Of a stretch of DNA of 64,000 nucleotides, positions 21,236 to 32,845 are shown in pieces (the first letter of the stretch is position 1; every line of letters begins with the position of its first letter). Origin of the DNA: Callorhinchus milii (taxonomy: Eukaryota). The position numbers were made by a program, and so were the translations under genes. The notes below the pieces were generated by a model that saw only the letters and a list, made by a program, of their open reading frames with translations, ran no database searches and had not been told where the DNA came from. The DNA is taken from the NCBI RefSeq assembly GCF_018977255.1, contig NW_024704743.1, positions 30,816,001 to 30,880,000 of the forward strand, read 5' to 3'.

Positions 21236-24200
21236 AGTTGTAGTTATGGTATAAAATGCAACCTGTGCAAAGCAAACTTCTTACGTCTTACAAATGAAAT
21301 TTGGAAAATGTCCTGATTACCATTACACTTTAAAATGGTAGTAATGGTATGATGTGATGGTCTTTTTTTCTAACACAAAAAAAGTCCCTGTTTTTGGACA
21401 CTTTGTTAGTCAGCAGAAATTTGTACCTGCAGTTAGAAACTTTCTTCTTCCCTTCTCTCCACCACGAATATGGAGCAGTTCACATAGATCATTGCAACTC
21501 TCAGTACACGTTCCACCATTCACACCACTCTTACATCACATTTATAGGGTTAGAAGAAAAATAATGCCAGATCCAACAGCAAAGCAAGAAGGCAGATTTA
21601 TGGTTCTCATTCACATTGGGTGGAATGCAGCCCAATAGTGCATGTTTTCCATACATCATTGTTACCAGTCAAGTTTTCTCCCTAAGTGCCATAGACACAA
21701 GTGATTACTCCAGATCATATAATCAACAATGTATGTTTGGGGGGAAACTGATATTAAGTGAACCCTGCTGGGAATATAGCAAGGACAGAAAACTGGTTTA
21801 ACTGTCATGTCTTTGTTGTCAAATATCCTTGCCAATATTCAGTGTGTCGGCTTGTACATGAAAAATGGTAAATTGGATGATATACCAGAAGACATCCAGT
21901 GCCAGCATGAGTCATTGCCTTCAGGACGATATAAAGTGGAGCTGGAAGGTAAGAGAAGCAGATAAAGTGGAAAAACAAAGAGTCAAATCTTGATTGACCA
22001 TGTGTGTGTATTGCAAAAATGAAGGCTACTATAAATGTCTTAACTGTCTTGAGTCACAGACTACTTTCACACAATAAATAATATTCAGCTGGCGCTAAAA
22101 ATGTTTCGATTTCATCAATATTGTGGTTGCCTTAAGTATAATGTTGAATGATTTACTGACAGATCTATAGCGCTGACTGTTGCCCAAAGCTTGCACCAGT
22201 CACCAAGAGAGTGTTGTTACTTTTGAACCTGAGCTGTAAATGGAAGTTTTACTTTATCTTCCTTTTCTCCCCTCCATTCTTTAAGGCATTGATCCTGGTA
22301 TGGTTCTTTGGGGAACTGCAGACCTTCATTATTTACGAGCATATATAAATCAGCTAGCAAACTTCAGCAGATTATTTGACAGTGGAGGCACCACAGACGG
22401 CCCAAACCCTTCCACGTTTGATAAGACTCACAAGCTTCAATGCAGAAATAGACATTGGAGAACTATGAGCTTCAATACAGAAAAGCAAGAGTCAAATCTA
22501 TTGCATGATTGTTTGGATATTTTCAATTGAATTAATTTTTTTAAAGCAATGTTTCTCACTGGTCAATTTTCCGTGAGCAGTTTTGAGGTATATTCACCGT
22601 TTTTAAAGTCAAGAATTTGAAATAGAAGCAAATGGCAGCAGCATTGCAGTTTGGTTATATGGTACACCCCACAACAGTCAAATTATCCTATGACAGTAAG
22701 AGTTTCTTTACACTGGTGTTATCACATTGATCCTGATGCTCAAGCCAATGTATAAATGTAGAGTAAAGCTTTCCCTACATTTGCCAACATGTTTTAATGC
22801 TATCTTCAGAAAAGCCTTTTGTTCAACAGAAGTGTGTTTTCTTCTCTTTTTCCCACACAGGCCAGCTTTTTGTATCATCTAGTGACATTGGTATTTTACA
22901 AAAAGTGTTGAACTATAGACTAGCTTGTGCTATTGACTGAAATGGCCAAGTAGGTACTGTGATTCAGTTTATTGAGGATGCTTCTACTAACAGAGAAACT
23001 TACAGTAACATTCAGCATGCCTGTCTTGCTGGGCCATACAATCCTAATGATATTACTGAGCATATTAACTTACCAAAATAATGAACAGAAGAAATACATA
23101 CAAAGATTTTTGCTATTTATCATCATGCAACAAATTTTAAAACCCTGTGAGATAGAGTCTGTAGGAAATTGCTAACCTCTTTCTGATTTCTGAACTCATA
23201 ACATGTTAGGGCTAATTCACAATTGTGATTCATGTTACCACAGGCAACTGTAGCGAATGTATGACTAAAATATTAATTTTGACATACATTGTTTTGTTTT
23301 ATATTATGCCTAGACATTTTCCTGTTGCGTGCAAGATTACGCTTCAATCAGTGAAAAACATTGTATCTGAGTTAGCTGTATTTTTTAAAAAATTAAAATG
23401 TAAACCACAGGTAAAGCAAATCCAACTGTATGAAAATTGAATCCAATATAAACAAATCTGGATCATGTCTCGATTTGTTCCAGACTTAAGCATACAATTG
23501 CTATTATGTGCTGGTTAGACGCAATTTCATTCTACTATTGTATTGCAGGTGAGCGAATTCTGCTGTTCTCTGAATCACAAGATGGATTTAGCAGTGTGGG
23601 AAGATATTTATTAGCACTCAGCATAAATTCAATGAGTCCACAGGAAAAATAGATAGGATCATACATTCATCAAAGCAAATAATGTGCTGGGGGGATAGAA
23701 GGAGAATAAAGAGTCAATCTGAGAAATTGTGTATTGATCAATTGCAGGTTAAGCTTCACATTTGATGAAACAGTGCACTTTTCCCCTGGGAGGGGAGGGA
23801 GTGGAGATGAAGACTTGCAGGCAGACACAACTTGGCTAAATCCAGAGAATCCAAGCAGGGGTTGGTAGAAGCCAAGGCATTAAGCATCCCATTAATTGTG
23901 CATTGGGGATACTGTTGGATTTAACCCATTTGAAATTGCACATTTTAGTAGTATAAGGCACTGGTAAGCTTCCAGATTCTTGAGCGGTTAGGGCCACCTT
24001 ACCCATTGTAAGATTGGCTTACAGGGTTTTCTGGAGCAGAGTGGGAATATTCTTCCATTCGCTAATGATAAATCTATTCATTAAGTCTGAATGCTAAAGC
24101 AAGCCAGCTGGTCATTTATCAAGGAATACTGGGAGGCTTCTTAACTCAGGTATTGGATCTATGGGTTCTCCATCCAGTGTTAACTCAAGCTTCACATTAC

Positions 24201-27200
24201 CTTCGTCAAATGCATCACCATAGAGCAGAGGAAAGGTACCCCCTCCTCTAGAGGGACAGTCACATTCCAGATCTGTATGGCTCAATTTCAACACATAAGT
24301 ATTAGTATAACACATACCTTAATTAACCATCATTTAATCAAAGGTTAAAAACATTACCTTAATCCTAAATACATTATTCACAAGTAACACATATTGAATT
24401 GACATGTACATTAAGTAAAAAAGACGTGTCATTACAAATAAACGAAAGCTGGGTTGCATTAAGATGTGCCGTTATCAACCTATTATTACATTTCAGGAAT
24501 GATTATATATATAGTGGTAGAACCAACTCAAAAATCTCTCATTGGAACAGCTTCCAATCATATTAAATTCACACATTTCTTATTAATCTACCAGAATGTC
24601 ATTTTACTGCTGTTGAGCTATCAATATTGGCTGGCACAATTATGAAGAGCTTCTGAAACTATCAAGTGCCAATAAGTCAGGCGTTCAAAATAAATTGACA
24701 AGCCATCTTTAAAAGTGTGCAGCAGTTCTGTCAGTTTCAATGCAGCAGTTCTTTACTATAACACTTAACAGCAAGAATAATCACAGTAAGCTAATATCTT
24801 AATTATTTTGCATCCCAGAGAAAGAAAGGGTGTTTATATTTAATTGTCTGTTTTGCAGAGGGTGAAGGCGGGGCTAACGTTACTGAAAGGGAACAAAACG
24901 TCTCATTATGTTAAGGAAGTCAGGCTGCAATTGCTCTGAAAAGAACCCCTTGTCATGAAAAGTGCTCCATCTGCAATCAGATGAATAGTCTGCATGCGTG
25001 TGTGTCTCAGCCTCAGGTCTAATAGACTGGCAATCTGATTTTAACTTGTAATTTGCGTTTTCTTCTGTTGCCAGGGCAGGCAGATGCAAGAGGGTGTCCG
25101 TTAATGTTCAGGTTCATTACTTGCTTCCAAAAGAGGTCTGAACTGATCATAATTACACACACGCATTGATCTTGAACCCTGTCTTTGTGTTTGTGCAATG
25201 CAGCTTGCTTTCGTATCTTGGTTCAATTGTGCCCTTTTGTTTTTCCTATAAAAACAAACTTAACTGAGCCGTTTCAAGACTCAGTTGTCGCTTGCCCCAC
25301 AAAGGATGAATCTTAATACCATTATAAAAAGTCACAATTATACCCTGTCTTTTAAAAAGAGCACGAATATTGAAATAAACAGCGTTGCATCATTATGCAG
25401 ACAGATGCAGGTGTCTTGACGAATGGCTGTCGAGTTGAATTCACTCACTCAAAGGAAACTGGCTCCCCGTGCTTTATTCTGATTAATTGCCCTCAGAACC
25501 AATGCATGCCTCCTGAATGCACAAACTCCATAAAATGTAGCTTTGATGAAATTCTCACCGTGTGGGAGTAAACACTGAAAATTACAAAATGAGAAATGGT
25601 AAGGTTGTGTGCGTAAAGTTGCTGTGATCCAGCAGGGATTGAGATCAAGTATCAGATTTTAAAAGTGGTTATAGAATAGGATAGAAACCAAAGAGTATTT
25701 CTCTCACTGAAAGCATGGTTAAGACACTGGATGCAAATCTCTATAACTTTTATGATGTACATCTTAGTATTTATACCTGCAGCTATACAAACTGTAGTGC
25801 CATTACTTGTAATGCCAAGGTCTGCACAGTAGTACTCTGTCCCTTTTGTCACCCAATAATCACTCCTTTTTTTAGTGGAGCAACAACCAGTTTTCAGAGT
25901 TTACACAGCAGAGCATAATAATCTGGTCATTACCAAAACCTGGCAATGTTGTCAGGCATTTTACGCTGAGCTGTGCCGCTCATCAGGAAACTTGCAGGAA
26001 GTTCCTGGTACCTATTCCATATTCCATCCATCCTGCGCTTGTCAAGCGTTAGTCAAGTCTAGGGAGAGGGGGGGGGGGGGTTAAGTGGGCTACCCTTGGA
26101 GCTAGTGACAGCAGAATATCAAATTTGAGTCAGTCCTCTGTAACAGTCTCAGTAGTCCAATTCTTGTGGGCGAAACGCGGCAGCCAATTGCGCACAGCCG
26201 TGTCCCACAAACAGTCGTGGATTGAGAGACCAAATTAATTAATAATTATTATTTAAAATCACTCAAAATTATGGAAAATTATTAAATTACAAAGCCATTT
26301 TTGTACAAACTATGGAAAAGTGGCTTCGAAACCAAGACTGAATCAAAGAATGTTTCACCTTTCTATGTTCAACACTGTTTTATTAAAATTTACAGTAAAA
26401 TAGTCTTAACTTTTGATGTAGCATCTCAAAGCACTTCACAGGATATATTGTAAAGCGTGTATTTTGAAGATAACATGAAGCAAGCTGTTCAGTCAATCCC
26501 ACTTCTCATTTATCCCATATCCTTTCAAGCATCTATCCTTCATATAGTGTATCTGTCTACTTCCCTCTTAAAATCCACAATGGACGATAGTTTTACCACC
26601 TTACTTGGCAGGGCATTTCACATCCCAATTACTCTCTGCGTGGACAAAATTGTACTGGGCTCTCCTTTCACACTTCTTGTGAGTATCTTATATGGGACTT
26701 AAAGACAGAAAGAGAGAGGTCAAGATGGAGTAGTAGAGGAAGGGAGTTTCAGAACTTTGGAGCTTTAAGAACTGAAGTGTTGGTCACTGTGGAGATGGTG
26801 GGGGACGTGCAGTGAGTTTGAGTAGAGCTGATCGGAGAGAACAAAGTAGGGTAGGAGGATACCATAAAAAAAGTGAGGAAATTGAAATCAATCCACTGGG
26901 AAGTAGGGAGATCTGATGTGGATGAGGATGTGGACAGTGGAGTTGATGAGTTGCAGCGTGTGAATGGTGGAGGTAGCGAGACCACTGAGGAGCAAAGTCT
27001 AAGCAGGTGTGACTAAAGGGTGAATGAGTGTTTCAGCAACAGTGAGTGTGAGGTAGGGGTGGAGGCAAGCAATGTTGCAGAGATGAAGAGACCCAACTTC
27101 TCCAATCTTTCCTCAGAACTATGGCCTCTCATTCATGGTAAAATTCCCATAATCACTGAGATCACTTTAAACCTACAATTAATATTCATCACATTGAATG

Positions 27201-28053
27201 TGTCCCAGGCAGACTTTATCGCGCTCTCCTGTTACAATTCTCAATGGCAACATCAGTGAAGCCAGGCCTTAGACTTCTAGCTTACAGATCTCAACTGACG
27301 GTTAGCAGGATACAAGTCACTGGAGGTTTTTTTGTTTCTAAGAAAATAATTTCACTGCCACAATTAAAAGGAAGACCTATCTGTCCTGTTTGCTACAACA
27401 GAAGAGTAAAAAATGCCTGTTGTTTGCCAAGAAATGTTATGCTTGAAAAAGGATTAGCCGTAATAATATGCACAGATTATGGTAAATCCTGGTAATCGAC
27501 CAGAGATGAAAAGCCATCAATATCCTTTTTTGAGGTCAGGAACCATTAATACTCTTGCAAACATCTTCAAAAATCAAAGGCATAATTTGTGTATCAGGAT
27601 AATACCAGAATAATAGTTAAACAATTGAAACAAATATGCATTACAGAAAATTGACAGGTACCAAGTAGTAATTTAAAAGGCTGTAATCTAATCTTCATGC
27701 TCTGATTGCAGTTCTGATCGGACTGAATTAAACTCTCCTAGATTGCAGAATTGTCAGAAATTAACAGCTTTGCTATCACTCCTGCATTGTTAATTTTTCT
27801 TTGTATAGGAGCATTCAGGTATTATATCAAATATCGCATATCTGATATCTTCAGATTATATGATTAAATCGGTTCATCTGTTGATGTGGATTCAGTTTTA
27901 TTAAAAGCTTGTTGTTGCCACTTTGGTGGAGTGTTCTTGATCAGTCTAGGGAGCTCCAATCAGCTCCAATGCCCACAATGTTAGACAACAGGGAAGTTTT
28001 GCAGTGCAACAGATAGTATATGCAACAGAAATTATAAAACTGAAATAACAACG

Positions 28054-28508
28054 TTAACTGCAAAAAAAAAGGTTCTTGCCAGCATAGTTTGACCTGCGGG
28101 AAGCCTACTCGGAAGTGCCTGGATATAGATTGTACAGAGGAGTTGGGGAGGCTGAAAAGCAGGGAGCTTGCGTGGTCGAGCCTGGATGTTGTGAATGAGT
28201 GTATGAGGGTCTCGGTAGCCTATGGTGTGAGACAGTGGTGGAGCCGGGCTATGTTGGGAGGTGAGAAAAGGCATGGCATGGATGTGGGGTATGAAGGACA
28301 GTTGAGGGTCGAACAGGACGCCGACATTCCGTATTGGCTCCGTGAGATGTAGAGTGCATCCGTGGAGGGAGATGCTGTCAGTGCCTGAGGTATGGAGATG
28401 CTTACGGGAGCCAAACAGGTGGGCCTCAGTCTTGTTGACATTCAACTGCAGGAAGTTAGCTCTCAACCAGGACTTCATGTCCGACAGGCAGTCTGTGAGG
28501 ACAGCAGT
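28054..28508 (-). mobile_element. L2-clade LINE ORF2 fragment joined to a non-L2 segment
   Basis: Translates as MKSWLRANFLQLNVNKTEA..PIRNVGVLFDPQLSFIPHI, the typical L2 post-RT motifs. Confidence 0.85.
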
Positions 28509-29511
28509 GAAAGGTGCTTTTATAAATGTAATTTATAAAAGCAGCCTACTTCACATCAGCTGATACCAAACAGCTGGCTGTTGGCACATCTGTAGTGAAG
28601 AATGCCCTTTGAAGCTGTAGGAAGGCAGATTGGGCAAGTTATAAATAGAGTGAAGAGGGTTAAACCATAAAATTATCAGTTTCCGCCCCCCCCCACCCCC
28701 GTCTTGATTCACGTGCTAACAATCAATCACAGTAGTGTTGAAGCCAAATGATCATTATACACTAATCAGGAAGTTATAGGAACTCATTGCACCCATGGGG
28801 TCTTCAGTACTGTAGCTGATGACTGTTCACTTGAGAACTACATTCTGCAGTGCCCAGGCCGGTAAAAAACCAAAAGAAACAAATTATAAGGTATCTCTAC
28901 ACAACATACACTGGTCATTTATGTTATATACAGCTGTGAAAACAGAGTGATATAGTGAACCTCAACCATTCAAAATGGCCCAGCCTGCAAATCAACTCCA
29001 ACTGTGTACCCCAACACTAATCTGAACCATAATTCTACCCTTGAAATATGTGAGCAAAAGCATTACAAAATATGCTGCTCACAATACTGTTTAAAAAAAA
29101 CACTAGCCTGTGTATGAAACCTAAGTCACACTTTTGTGTGTGCAGCTGCTGTTTAAAACTTTGAATCCAAACTGCAGATAGCAAATGAGTTACAGAGAAC
29201 AACCGCGAAACACTGTAAACCTCTTTCGCATCAATCTGAACCAGTGAAAAAATCTAACACCTCTACTGAGAAGAAACATAACTTCAAGTGCTGTAGAACA
29301 GATAGCTGTATTTGTTTATTCATGGCAGGTGGACTATTATCTGAAATCCTATACACAGCAGCTGCAGTCATCAGTTTTAATTAATAATTCACCAGCATTA
29401 CAAGACATTTATTCAAATGTTGTGTTCGATGCTTACTGAATAATGGAATGGTCTACACTCACAGACATCTTCCTTGGATCATAAAAGTAGCATTGACAAA
29501 AAGTTATTAAT

Positions 29512-29740
29512 AATAAATAATAGTAATAATAATCCTTGCATTTGGAATAGCATCTTATGATATCAAAACATCTCAAAACACTTTAGTGTAAAGTATGGTG
29601 ACTGTCTGCTTATAGGCGAATGGGGCACTCAATTTGTGCACTGCAATATCCCACAAACAGCCATGAAGTGTTTTATGTTTATAATTGTTGGCCAGGAAAC
29701 TACCATCTCATATCAAATAATACCATGGGAACTTTCACAT
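29512..29740 (-). mobile_element. Older Deu-type SINE, 3' part
   Basis: Shows the aataatccttgcattt tail and the cccacaaacagccatg body. Confidence 0.7.
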
Positions 29741-30073
29741 TAATTGCAAAAAAAATTCTCTTGCCAGCATAGTTTAGCCCCTGGGAGGCCTACTTTGAAG
29801 TGCTTGGATATAGATTGTACAGAGGAGTTGGGGAGGCTGATAAGCAGGGAGCTTGCGTAGTCGAGCCTGGATGCTATGAATGTGTGTATGAGGGTGTGAG
29901 ACAGTAGTAGAGCCAGGCTATGTTGCGGAGGTGGGGAAAGGCACGGATGTAGGGTATAAAGGACAGTTGAGGATCGAACAGGTTACCGAAGTTCCGTATT
30001 GGCTCCATGAGATGTAGAGTGCATCCGTGGAGGGAGACGCTGTCAGTGCCGATGTATGGAGATGCTGACGGGC
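29740..30073 (-). mobile_element. Second copy of the L2 / non-L2 chimeric fragment
   Basis: Colinear with 28054-28408. Translates as SLHGCTLHLMEPIRNFGNLFDPQLSFIPYIRAFPHLRNIA. Confidence 0.85.
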
Positions 30074-30134
30074 AGACAATAACATTATGGAGCATGAACC
30101 CTATAATAACCCAAACATTTGACTATAGTGCCTT

Positions 30135-30405
30135 ATCATGTCATTGGGATGTTTTACAGTGCTTCACACCTTTTTCCTGTGAAGTGTAGCAACTGTGGAT
30201 TTGGTAGGTTAACGTGGCAGCCAATTTTCATACAACAATGTCCTACAAATAGCCATGAAGCGAATGACCGATTTTTATTTGGAAGATTGTTGGTCGGACA
30301 CAGGGAGAAACTCTCTTCTCTTTTTGAATAGTGCGCTCTTCACATAGAAGCGATCTTTAACATCCACCTGAAGAGATAGACAGAACCCTGGTTTAACGTT
30401 ACATC
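30135..30405 (-). mobile_element. Older Deu-type SINE fragment
   Basis: Contains ggcagccaatt, ggacacagggagaaactc and gatctttaacatccacctga. Confidence 0.7.
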
Positions 30406-30990
30406 TAGGCTCGACTACACCAACTCCCTGCTCGTCGGCCTTCCCAACTCCTCCTTCCACAAGCTGCAAATCATTCAGAACTCTGCAGCTCATGTCATCT
30501 ACTGCACCACGTCCATAACCCTATCATCACCAACCTCGCCCAGCTCCATTGGCTCCCAATCACCCCAAAGGATAGTTCAAAATCCTCTTTCTTGCCTTCA
30601 AAGCCATCTATGACCTTGCTCCTTCCTACTTCTGTGGCCTGCTAACGCCATATCCACCTGTCTGCTCCCTCTGCTCAGCAGGCTCCTGCTCCACATCCTC
30701 TGCACGGCCTGCTACACCATCGGCAGTTGGGCCTTCAGCCTCTCTGCCCTCACTCTTTGGAACTCCATCCCACAGTTCCTTCCTCTTGCTTCCTCTCTTG
30801 CTTCCTTCAAGGCACATCTCAAGAACCTCCTCTTCAACTGTGCCTTTGGTCACCCTTCTATCCCTATCCTCCCTGCCCTCCACTCCTCCAGATCCCAACC
30901 TTTTGCTTGGATCCAAATCCCTGACTGTCAAGCACTTTGGAACGTCTTCTTGATGTGAAAGAAGCTATACAAATGTAATTTGTTGTTGTG
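30406..30990 (+). mobile_element. L2-clade LINE 3' end
   Basis: Reads [28 protein letters not shown] and ends gtgaaagaagctatacaaatgtaatttgttgttg. Confidence 0.9.
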
Positions 30991-31340
30991 ATAATAATCA
31001 TCCTTGCATTGTGATATTGATACGTCTCAAAGCGTTTCACAGATTATACTGTAAAGTGGATTGACTATGTATTTTGTGGGCGAAACGTGGCAGCCAGTGG
31101 CCACAGCAATGTCTCAGAAACAGCCATGGAGTTCATGAGCTATTTATTTGGGGGATTGTTGGCCACGATACCAGGAGAAACTCCCTCCTCTTTTTGAATA
31201 TTGCCATGGGATTTTTAATGTCCACCGCAACAGGCAGACAGGACCTTGGTTTAATGTCTCATCCGAAGGATGGCACCATTGACAACGCAAAACCGCCCAG
31301 CACGCCTCGGATGATCAGCCTAGACTTTAAGGTTCAAGGT
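30991..31340 (-). mobile_element. Older Deu-type SINE
   Basis: Tail plus the central domain gccatgggatttttaatgtccacc..ggtttaatgtctcatccgaaggatggcacc. Confidence 0.8.
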
Positions 31341-31354
31341 CCCGATTCTCTGTC

Positions 31355-31930
31355 ACAAATTTAGCAAATGAAGTTTGATACAAACAAATATGAGGTAATA
31401 TATATAGGAAGCAAGAATAGAAAACACATGTACTCCATGGATGTGAAAGAACTTGCTAAGGGGAAAAAGATCTAGTTAGATGACTCACCACTCACCATGT
31501 CAAAACAATGTGAGGCAGCAATAAACAAGTGAAACAGTATGTTGGGCTACATTGCTAAATAAATTGAGATTGGATGCCCAGACGTCATACTCAGGCTGTA
31601 CAGTGCTCTGGTTAGATCACAGTTAAAGTACTACTTACAGTTACAATTCCCACAAGAAAAGGGGGCTGCCCAGACCTAGAGACAGAGAACAACACAATGA
31701 TGATGTGTTTAGGGGAATAAGCGATTAGTAATTATTAGACGAGCTTGAGCTCTTCAGTCTTGAGAGAAGACAGAGGGATGTCATAGAGGTGTTAACATGT
31801 TTTTATGAGATTGAAAAGGTAAACCCAGATCAATACCTTGGAATGCACTGAGACATTAGAAGAACAGGTTTAGATTAGTTTAAAGGGTAATTTCAGGACT
31901 GATACCAGGATATTTTTTCTTTACCCAGCT
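31355..31930 (+). mobile_element. Decayed CR1 LINE ORF2 C-terminal fragment
   Basis: LRLYSALVRSQLKY..LELFSLERR-like motifs with many stops. Confidence 0.75.
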
Positions 31931-32444
31931 TGATGCTGTGATGGGAGGACAGTAGGGTGGGTCTTATGGAAGGATGAGATCAGGTGAGACAAAGCGCCAT
32001 CTTCGTCCAAATCAATCTTGTAATTTTGTGGACCTTCTGATTCAGAAATGGGTAGGGGAATTGAAAAAGAGTACAATAAAGATACAGGGACTGAATGCAT
32101 GTTGGTGTAACTCCCAACCCTTGAGGTCAAAATATTGAGGTCAAAAGCCTTAGCCTTAGCACCATCATCTTAAAACATAATGGTGGTGACGAATTTTGGA
32201 AACTTCTTAAATTCAGGCTTAACTAGAAAGCTTTTATTTTAGGAACTGTAGAATATTGACTTCCAAGCTAAGAGTAAATCTTGAGAATTTTCCAACGTTT
32301 CCTGCAATTTTAGGTTTTAAGACTATGGTTTTAAGAATCAGACCACAAAGAATCTTGAGCCTCTGCTGTCTACCAGTCTATTCAAACGTTCATTTCATAT
32401 TTGCTACCTGATAGTGCTGTTTCCCCTTCCCTTTCCCATGAGTA

Positions 32445-32845
32445 TCTCCCAGTTTGGATCCTTGTGCTGGTGCAAGTGCCATGCTATAGTTTAGATTCTG
32501 GGCTCAGGGGAAAGAGAAATAGGCAATTCTGATTGTAATTATTTTGTAGAGACTGCTGCTAGAAAGTACATGTGTATGGACATTATTGCTCTGGGTTTCA
32601 TGCTCTCCAGTCAAATGATGTGTCTCTCTCCCTATGGGAGAGAATGGGGAAAGAGAGCAGGACAGAGTTGAAAGACATTATTTGACTGGAGAGCTTCAAA
32701 CCCAGAGCAATAATGTCCATATGCACACATACGTTATTGCATCAGTCTCTACATGGTGATCACAATCAGAATGACCTATTTCTCTCTCTCCGAATTGTAG
32801 CAGTTGCACTTGCAACAGCACAGGGATCCAGGCTGGGACATTATC
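32445..32845. repeat. Long imperfect inverted repeat (arms ~32445-32622 and ~32675-32845)
   Basis: For example, tatggacattattgctctgggttt..gctctccagtcaaat pairs with atttgactggagagc..aaacccagagcaataatgtccata. Confidence 0.9.
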
